The position numbers and the translations under genes were made by a program. This document shows positions 5,744-11,465 of a stretch of 11,465 nt of DNA, in pieces; position 1 is the first letter of the stretch; every line of letters begins with the position of its first letter. The notes under the pieces are model-generated. The model saw only the letters and a list, made by a program, of their open reading frames with translations. It had not been told where the DNA came from and ran no database searches. Origin of the DNA: Conexivisphaerales archaeon (GTDB lineage Archaea > Thermoproteota > Nitrososphaeria > Conexivisphaerales > DTJL01); assembly GCA_049509455.1 (NCBI GenBank), contig JBEKZX010000050.1, positions 1 through 11,465 of the forward strand, given 5' to 3'.

Positions 5744-6307
5744 GTGAAACGATCCCGCGTCGGTATCACCGGGAGCCCAGCCACGGGGAAGAAGACCGTA
5801 GGCAAGGCCCTGGCGGCCCGCCTGGATGTGCCCTTCCTTAGCCTGAACGACGTCGCGCGCCGTGCCGGCTTCGTCGCACGGGCCCGGGCCGGCGAACCGA
5901 AGCTCGACACAAGGGGCTTCAGCAGGGTCGCCAACCGATATCTCCCCCAAAGCGGTTTCGTGCTGGCGGGCGTCCTCCTCGCGGAGGCCGTTCCCGCGCG
6001 ACTCCTCGACTACGTCGTCGTGTTGAGGTGCAGCCCTCTTGTCCTGGCCGAAAGGTATAGGGAGCGTGGATATCCTGAAAGGAAGAGGAAGGAGAACCTC
6101 ACTGCCGAATTCCTAGACGAATGCTTGGGTGAAGCTTTGATTGCCTACCGCAGGAAGGTGAGGGAAGTGGACACCACCGGCAAGGACCTTCAGGCCGTCG
6201 TCGGGGAGGTAGGGGCTACCCTCAAGAAGGGCGACTTCCCTGTCGGCAGGCTGGACTGGCTGAGCCTGGTGAAGGGGCCTGAAGACGTCTTCCGGTTCAT
6301 GCTGTGA
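5744..6307 (+). CDS. AK6/Fap7/hCINAP-type adenylate kinase family protein
   Basis: ITGSPATGKKT P-loop, VVVLRCSP..L.ERYRERGYPE.K.KEN..AEFL..C, VDTTG and the C-terminal DWL. Confidence 0.85.
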   Translation: MKRSRVGITGSPATGKKTVGKALAARLDVPFLSLNDVARRAGFVARARAGEPKLDTRGFSRVANRYLPQSGFVLAGVLLAEAVPARLLDYVVVLRCSPLVLAERYRERGYPERKRKENLTAEFLDECLGEALIAYRRKVREVDTTGKDLQAVVGEVGATLKKGDFPVGRLDWLSLVKGPEDVFRFML

Positions 6308-6425
6308 TCCGCATGCGTCCTTCGGTCTTCTCGGTCTCGGGCGTTCGACGGCGGCAGGTCGCTGTGCTGAACGGCAGCTACGCTACGAAATCGGGTTCGT
6401 TTCCGTCGTGGAGATCCTCTTTGGG

Positions 6426-7403
6426 TCAGTAGTCGGTCTGGAGCGGCTTTGGCGGGGGGAGGGCGCCCGTGCCGCGCAGCAGCGGCTTGAACTTCGCCGT
6501 CTGCTCCCTCACGGTATATTCCGATACGCCTAGGAACTCGGCCACCGTCTTCTGTGTGAAGATCCTCCTCCTCCCTTCCTCAGCCATAAGGGAGTCCTCG
6601 GCCATGTACAGAAGCGTAGCCGCGGCGGCCATGGGGTTGTATCCGGAGAAGGAATCGCGCCCCATGGTGGACATCAAGGAGAAGGACCTCTTCAGCAACG
6701 CGGCTTCGTACTTGATGGGGTTGAGCCGACACAGCTGTATCCCTTCTTTGACGGGCGGACTCATCATCAGGTTCCTGACAGCGTCCTTCAGATACTCCTC
6801 CACCCTGATCTCGCCGCGTTCCAGCGGCGCGGCGGTGGCTATGGAGATGAGTGACGTAAGTTTCACCTTATGTCCCATCAGCGCCAGGTTCTTCGAAACA
6901 GCCTTCCAGCTGATGGTGTTACGTCCAACGCTGCGCGCCGCCACTATGACGCAGTAGGCGGCCAGCGTGGGGAGGCTTCCCTTCTTGACGCGGGCCTGTC
7001 GCAGCCTGATGGAGGCCATGTGCTGGGCGTCGAGTATCGCCTTCCTGGGCAAGTTGATGGATTCGCCCAGCTTCGCCACGATGTCCAGCACGTAGGTCTG
7101 GGTCTTCTGTGCGGGGGTCCTGAGGCCGAAGTCCGACAGGGTCTTCATGTAGGCGGGGGTGGAGAACTCGAAGTCGAGGCCGGAGTAGCCGCTCAGCGAA
7201 GAGGAGCAGCTGGAGCCCAGAAAGCTGCCCAGCTCCACTTCCTTCAAGTCGGTCAGGCTGGCCTCCTTGATGTGAAAGGCCGGCTCCCCAATGTCTACAT
7301 GGGCTGGCACGGCGCCGCAGCTCCTGCAGACCCATTCGCCTTCATACGAAATCATGCCCCCTCCGCAAACGTCGCAGGCGGACACGCCGCTGGTATATGT
7401 CAT
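6426..7403 (-). CDS. tfb: Divergent transcription initiation factor B (TFB/TFIIB family)
   Basis: Zn ribbon CDVC..CRSCG, INLP, LAAYCVIVAAR (repeat 1), GYNPMAAAATLLYMA (repeat 2) and HTH TQKTVAEFLGVSEYTVRE. ATG 7403 preferred; upstream alternatives at 7460 and 7481. Confidence 0.82.
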   Translation of the reverse strand: MTYTSGVSACDVCGGGMISYEGEWVCRSCGAVPAHVDIGEPAFHIKEASLTDLKEVELGSFLGSSCSSSLSGYSGLDFEFSTPAYMKTLSDFGLRTPAQKTQTYVLDIVAKLGESINLPRKAILDAQHMASIRLRQARVKKGSLPTLAAYCVIVAARSVGRNTISWKAVSKNLALMGHKVKLTSLISIATAAPLERGEIRVEEYLKDAVRNLMMSPPVKEGIQLCRLNPIKYEAALLKRSFSLMSTMGRDSFSGYNPMAAAATLLYMAEDSLMAEEGRRRIFTQKTVAEFLGVSEYTVREQTAKFKPLLRGTGALPPPKPLQTDY

Positions 7404-7829
7404 GGTCAATCCTACTTGCAGCGGCGTCCAGGGGTATTGTTCATGATGGGTGGACGGCATGGTCGCAATGGAAGGAACCATGCTGGTGCCGTCTCCGGTC
7501 GCACGGTGACTCGGGGTCGCCGTTAGGCACTAAATCGACGAAGCGCCCGTAACACTTTCAAAAGTTTAGGGTGAAACGCGCGACGGCGCCCTGCTTGGTG
7601 GCGCTGACCGATTCATTGGAGGCGGTCGCGCAGGGCATCAGGGAGCGTCTCCGAACGCCGGGCTTACAAGCGTTCCAAGGTCGGGACCGCCGATGCGGCA
7701 CCTGGTGCTACCATCGAAGGGGGGCACGCGGCCGAGAAGATTCAAGCCTGCGGTCGCAGCTCGGAGGGTCAAGTTCATAGGGGCCCTAGTGGATAGTGTG
7801 TCCATGCTGACGAGGGGGGACAGCGCGGA

Positions 7830-9389
7830 GTGGTAAGGGTCGTCCGCCCTCGGGGCCATGGTGCCGCCGCCGTCGAATGGCACGTCTCCATGGTCGCCCT
7901 TTTCGCCGCCGTCGGCTCCGCCTGTGTGGCCGCCTACTACTTCTCTCTATCGATCTGCCCGCCCGTCTCGACAACTACCGGGCTGGGCTGCTACTTCCGC
8001 GCGGCATCTGCGCTCCCAAGAGGAGAGCTGTGGACCATGCTGGCGGCCATCTTCGCCTTCCTTTCCTCCGTGACCTATCCGATGGCGCGCTTCGGAGGCG
8101 CTTCGTTCCTTCGGGGTCGTCTCTTCCAGCCTGGCTCCCTGGAAGGCACAGCGGGGCCTCCCTGGACGTCCAGGCTCTTCCTCGTCGCGCTGATGCTCTC
8201 CTACGCGGCTCTGCAGCTCATCGAATTCTTACTAGTTCCCGCTGGGGGCTCTCCATACAGCGACCCCCAGGCTTACTACATACCCGCGGCCCTCGACATC
8301 CTAGCGGGGAATCGCTGTACGACGTCGCCTGTGGAATCCACATGCAACTATGAGCATCCTCCCCTCGACAAGCTCTTCCTCGCCCTGTCCATACGGACCT
8401 TCGGTAAGAACCTCGTCGGCTACTCCCTGTTCCCGGTGCTGTTCGGAGCGGGTTCGCTGCTTTTGACTTATGGAATCGCGAAGGAGGTAAGCGGCCAGAA
8501 AGTGGCCCAGTACGCCGCGTTCTTCCTCCTGATCGACGGGGTCTTCTTGGGGATGAACGAGCAGGCGTGGACGGACACCCCCATGTTCTTCTTCGGGCTT
8601 TTTGCTGTCTACGTGTATCTGTCCGCCTTCAGGAGCCGCCCCGCGGTCAAGGCGATGGTCGCTGGCTCCCTCATCGGGCTCTCCATCCTTTCGAAGGAGA
8701 CGGGCCTGTTGTTCGTCATTGCCATCCTCGCGTACAGCTTCCTCGCACGCCACGACCTCTCCGTAAAGCGTGCCCTCCTCCTGCTTGGGGCCGCCGCCCT
8801 GGTGGCCGCCGTGGGCCTCGAACTCTACGATGTCGTCCTCACGCCGTTCCCTTCCTTCATTGCCCACATTCAATACATCCTGGCCTACAACCACGAGATC
8901 GGACTCTCCGGGTGGGCTCAGGAGTCGTGGCTACCCTTCCTGGGTGGTACGGTGATTCCCATGGCCTGGTTCTTGTTCTACCCACCCTTCGGCTTCATCT
9001 CTACGATGCCCGAAGAATGGCTCTTCCTCGCCTCCGTGGTAGTGGCGGTGTATCTCCTCGCCCGCAAGTGGGAGAGCCTCAGCCCCCCTGAGGGCAACAC
9101 CATCCTCTTCGTCTTCGTTTGGATGGGGGCGACGTGGGCGCCCTTCGTGTTCGCCCAGCTGTTCAGGTCGACGTATCCCTTCTATATGCTGGGGATGCTT
9201 CCTGGGGTTGTCATCGCTGATGGTTGGATAATGACGAAACTCACGAGGCCCATGAAGGTGGTCTTCGTCATAGCTTGCCTCGCTTGGCTGGCGGTCCTCT
9301 TCCCCATGACGTCCACGGCGATCCCCCTCCTTCCTTACATCGGGAGATGGCTGCACTGTATCTCAAGCGCTTGTCCTGGTGGCCCCTGA
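7830..9389 (+). CDS. Polytopic GT-C glycosyltransferase (PMT/ArnT-like, phospholipid-carrier-dependent)
   Basis: Many TM segments; D..AYYIPAA..IL, NYEHPPLDK, FPVLFG, A..DT.MFFF, GL..LSKE.G and Y.FY.L..LP. Start uncertain: GTG 7830 with an upstream GAGGGGG, or ATG 7890. Confidence 0.8.
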   Translation: MVRVVRPRGHGAAAVEWHVSMVALFAAVGSACVAAYYFSLSICPPVSTTTGLGCYFRAASALPRGELWTMLAAIFAFLSSVTYPMARFGGASFLRGRLFQPGSLEGTAGPPWTSRLFLVALMLSYAALQLIEFLLVPAGGSPYSDPQAYYIPAALDILAGNRCTTSPVESTCNYEHPPLDKLFLALSIRTFGKNLVGYSLFPVLFGAGSLLLTYGIAKEVSGQKVAQYAAFFLLIDGVFLGMNEQAWTDTPMFFFGLFAVYVYLSAFRSRPAVKAMVAGSLIGLSILSKETGLLFVIAILAYSFLARHDLSVKRALLLLGAAALVAAVGLELYDVVLTPFPSFIAHIQYILAYNHEIGLSGWAQESWLPFLGGTVIPMAWFLFYPPFGFISTMPEEWLFLASVVVAVYLLARKWESLSPPEGNTILFVFVWMGATWAPFVFAQLFRSTYPFYMLGMLPGVVIADGWIMTKLTRPMKVVFVIACLAWLAVLFPMTSTAIPLLPYIGRWLHCISSACPGGP

Positions 9390-9510
9390 TCCCGCACCGG
9401 CCATCCTGAGCCGTCCAGTTCGGTGGCATCATCCAGACTTCAGGAAGGGGGCTCCGACCCTTGTCCTCGAGTCGTGGGTGGCGTGGCGCACCCCTAGCGT
9501 CTGCAATTAC

Positions 9511-9517
9511 TTATATA
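9511..9517 (+). promoter_or_regulatory. TATA box of the lsm-tgtA unit
   Basis: TTATATA preceded by GCAATTAC, 25-31 nt before ATG 9542. Confidence 0.7.
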
Positions 9518-9541
9518 CGCTGAACCTGAAGCATCTGTAGA

Positions 9542-9967
9542 ATGTCGATAGCACCAGCCCGCAAGTTCCTTGAGGAGTTGGGCACCTTTACCGGTCACAA
9601 AGTTCAGGTTGAAACCACCGACGGGAAGAAACATGAGGGGGTCCTCCTGGGCATTTCTGAGGACCTGTCTCTGGTCCTCAGCGGATTCGAAGGTACGACG
9701 TATAAGTTGGCTCTCAACGGATCCCAGATCAGGGAGATCAGGCTGGTCGAGAAGCCTTTCGATCTGAAGGCTTTGGCGGACGCCATCAACAAGATGTTCC
9801 CTGGACTCGTGAGGCTCCGCGAGGACATAGGTGTGATCATAGTCATGGATAAGATCAAGGTCACCGAGAGTGGTGTCATGGAGGGGACCGGTCCTAGCGC
9901 CGACAGGGTCAGACAGGTCTACGACGCATACCTCGGCACGCTGAAGAAGTCAGAGAAGCAGGCCTGA
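9542..9967 (+). CDS. Two-domain Sm-like archaeal protein (SmAP3-type, Lsm plus C-terminal domain)
   Basis: Sm fold (V.VETTDGKKHEGVLLGI..DLSLVL, LNGSQIREI) followed by KPFDLKALAD.I...FPGLVRL.EDIGVI.VMDKIKV.E.GV.EG.GP.A.RV. Confidence 0.88.
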   Translation: MSIAPARKFLEELGTFTGHKVQVETTDGKKHEGVLLGISEDLSLVLSGFEGTTYKLALNGSQIREIRLVEKPFDLKALADAINKMFPGLVRLREDIGVIIVMDKIKVTESGVMEGTGPSADRVRQVYDAYLGTLKKSEKQA

Positions 9968-9971
9968 CCTG

Positions 9972-11465
9972 TTGTTTGAGGTTAGGGACACCGACCTCGC
10001 CGGCAGGCTGGGAAGGCTCATCCTCGGCGGAAAGTCGATCGAGACACCCGCCTTCCTTCCCGTGGTTCATCCCGTCAGGCAGGAGATCTCATGCTCGAAG
10101 CTGAAGGAGATGGGTTTCGAGGCCGTCATCACGAACTCCTACATCACCAAGAAGAGGTACGGCGATTCGGCCGTCGAGAGGGGCATCCATAGGATCATCG
10201 GCTACGACGGCGTAGTCATGACGGATTCGGGGGGCTACCAGGCCCTGATCTACGGAGGCGTGGATGTCGACCCGGTGGCCATGGCTGAATACCAGCGCGA
10301 TATACGCAGTGACATCGCCGTGGTTCTGGACCTCCCCACCGGGTATCCGGCCAGCCGCGAGAGGGCACTCTACACTGTGAGGGAGACCCTCAAGGCCGCC
10401 AGGAGGACCCTACCACTTCTCTCCTCGAAGCCCCCTTTATGGGTGGGACCCGTGCAGGGAGGGGCTCACCAGGACATCGCAAAGAGGTGCGCGAAAGCGA
10501 TGAGCGCAATGCCCTTCGACCTCTTCGCGATAGGCTCTCCTGTCGAGGTGATGAACGGCTACGAATTCGAAGTGCTGGCCTCCATTATCATCGCCGCCAA
10601 GGAAACCCTCCCTCCGGAGAAGCCCGTCCATCTCTTCGGGGCCGCCCATCCTCTAACGATCCCACTGGCCATAGCGCTCGGCTGCGACCTCTTCGATTCC
10701 GCATCATACATCCTGTTCGCCAAGCAGGATAGGTACATGACCCCCCTCGGCGTGCGCCACCTGGCGGAGCTGAGTTATCTGGCCTGCAACTGTCCGGTCT
10801 GTTCGAAGTACACCGTCTCTTCATTCGCCTCACTGCCTAAGGCTGAGAGGATCGGTGCGCTCGGGCTCCACAACCTCTACGTCTTACAATCAGAAGTGGC
10901 CTCCTCCAAGCAGGCCATCAAGGAGGGAAGGCTCTGGGAATACGTCTCGATGAAGGCCAGGGGCCACCCCAAACTCTTGGAGGCGATGGCGCGCTTGGGC
11001 GAAGGAGGCGGCCTGCTGCTGGAAGGGACGCCAGCGACCAAAGCCAAGGCGCTCATGCTCTTCGACTCCCTCGACTACAGTCGCCCCGAACTCAATAGGT
11101 TTCGCGAGAACGTAGCCCGCCGCTGGGCGCCTAAGGAAGGAAGCCTCGTAGTACTATGCATCGCAAAGATGAGCGACCGGTTCTTCATCTCGGTCCCTCG
11201 TCTCCTTGACCTGGCTGTGGAGCATGGCTTTTCCGTAGCGGTCTTCAGGCCATTCTTTGGCCTCGTCCCGCTCGAGCTCTACTGCGACTACCCCGCCTCA
11301 CAGACCGTTATGCCCGCCGTCGTGAGCAAGGAACTCCTCGACCGCTCTCTCGCTGTCGCCGCTAGCTTGGTGCGCAAACCTGGGTTCAGCAAGGTGACCG
11401 TCGTCTACGATGTGGACAGCGTGGTCGCGTCAAGGCTTGCGCGGCTCTGTGGGGCCAAGCTGGTG
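9972..11465 (+). CDS. tgtA: Archaeosine tRNA-guanine(15) transglycosylase, 3'-truncated by the window
   Basis: Hand-translated open frame of 498 codons from TTG 9972 with no stop: FEVRDTDLAGRLG, ETPAFLPVVHP, MTDSGGYQ, LDLPT, GPVQGG, GSPVEVM, HLFGAAHP, GCDLFDSASY, CNCPVC Zn site, HNLY, GRLWEY and PFFGLVPLEL...YP..Q. Absent from the ORF track because the stop lies outside the window. Confidence 0.95.
   Translation, partial: MFEVRDTDLAGRLGRLILGGKSIETPAFLPVVHPVRQEISCSKLKEMGFEAVITNSYITKKRYGDSAVERGIHRIIGYDGVVMTDSGGYQALIYGGVDVDPVAMAEYQRDIRSDIAVVLDLPTGYPASRERALYTVRETLKAARRTLPLLSSKPPLWVGPVQGGAHQDIAKRCAKAMSAMPFDLFAIGSPVEVMNGYEFEVLASIIIAAKETLPPEKPVHLFGAAHPLTIPLAIALGCDLFDSASYILFAKQDRYMTPLGVRHLAELSYLACNCPVCSKYTVSSFASLPKAERIGALGLHNLYVLQSEVASSKQAIKEGRLWEYVSMKARGHPKLLEAMARLGEGGGLLLEGTPATKAKALMLFDSLDYSRPELNRFRENVARRWAPKEGSLVVLCIAKMSDRFFISVPRLLDLAVEHGFSVAVFRPFFGLVPLELYCDYPASQTVMPAVVSKELLDRSLAVAASLVRKPGFSKVTVVYDVDSVVASRLARLCGAKLV

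Noticed and set aside
6346-6408. Branched fold (CGACGG/CCGTCG closing two hairpins) as a tRNA
   Set aside because: No T-loop TTC consensus, no proper D arm and no canonical arm spacing. At most a 3' structure between convergent genes.
6469-7526. Plus-strand ORFs overlapping tfb
   Set aside because: Antisense shadows with no motifs; the minus frame has clear TFB features.
7580-7830. tRNA, SRP RNA or RNase P RNA in the long intergenic region
   Set aside because: GGAGTGGTAAG resembles a D-loop but has no matching arms. No SRP helix-8 or RNase P GAGGAA core motif was found on either strand.
7804-7836. Phase-variable G6 tract (7814-7819) joining ATG 7804 to the glycosyltransferase frame
   Set aside because: Six G's is short for slippage, and the same tract serves adequately as a ribosome-binding site for GTG 7830.
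9400-9445. C/D-box sRNA on the minus strand (ATGATGC ... CTCA)
   Set aside because: Both boxes deviate from RUGAUGA and CUGA, and no clear D'/C' pair is present.
10437-10833. ORF-track entries inside tgtA
   Set aside because: They are off-frame or antisense to the continuous tgtA frame starting at 9972.

Overview
GC-rich archaeal DNA with no rRNA, tRNA, CRISPR array or mobile element recognised. A TACK, possibly Nitrososphaerota-like, origin is inferred from the two-domain SmAP3-type Lsm next to tgtA, the PEF-type sorting signals and mostly leaderless TATA promoters. Gene order: 3' part of an archaeal class I fructose-bisphosphate aldolase (+); a secreted cupredoxin-fold protein with a PEF-CTERM-like tail whose type-1 copper ligands are replaced (+); an unannotated, inverted, decayed paralog of it (-) whose 5' end overlaps the stop codon of lsrF; lsrF (-); a Zn-dependent polyol-dehydrogenase-like MDR enzyme (-); a minimal 2-TM K-channel-like protein with a non-canonical filter (+); a deoxyhypusine-synthase-family enzyme (-); two tandem 31-37 aa CPxCG zinc-finger microproteins missed by the ORF track (+); an AK6/Fap7-type kinase with degenerate motifs (+); a divergent TFB (-); a PMT/ArnT-like GT-C glycosyltransferase (+); SmAP3-type Lsm (+); and archaeosine tRNA-guanine transglycosylase tgtA (+, running off the window and absent from the ORF track). 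The most notable items are the microprotein tandem, the copper-less cupredoxin pair and its junction with lsrF, the dehydrogenase-lsrF pair without other lsr genes, and the channel filter variant. All family assignments come from motif recognition by eye; no database search was run.
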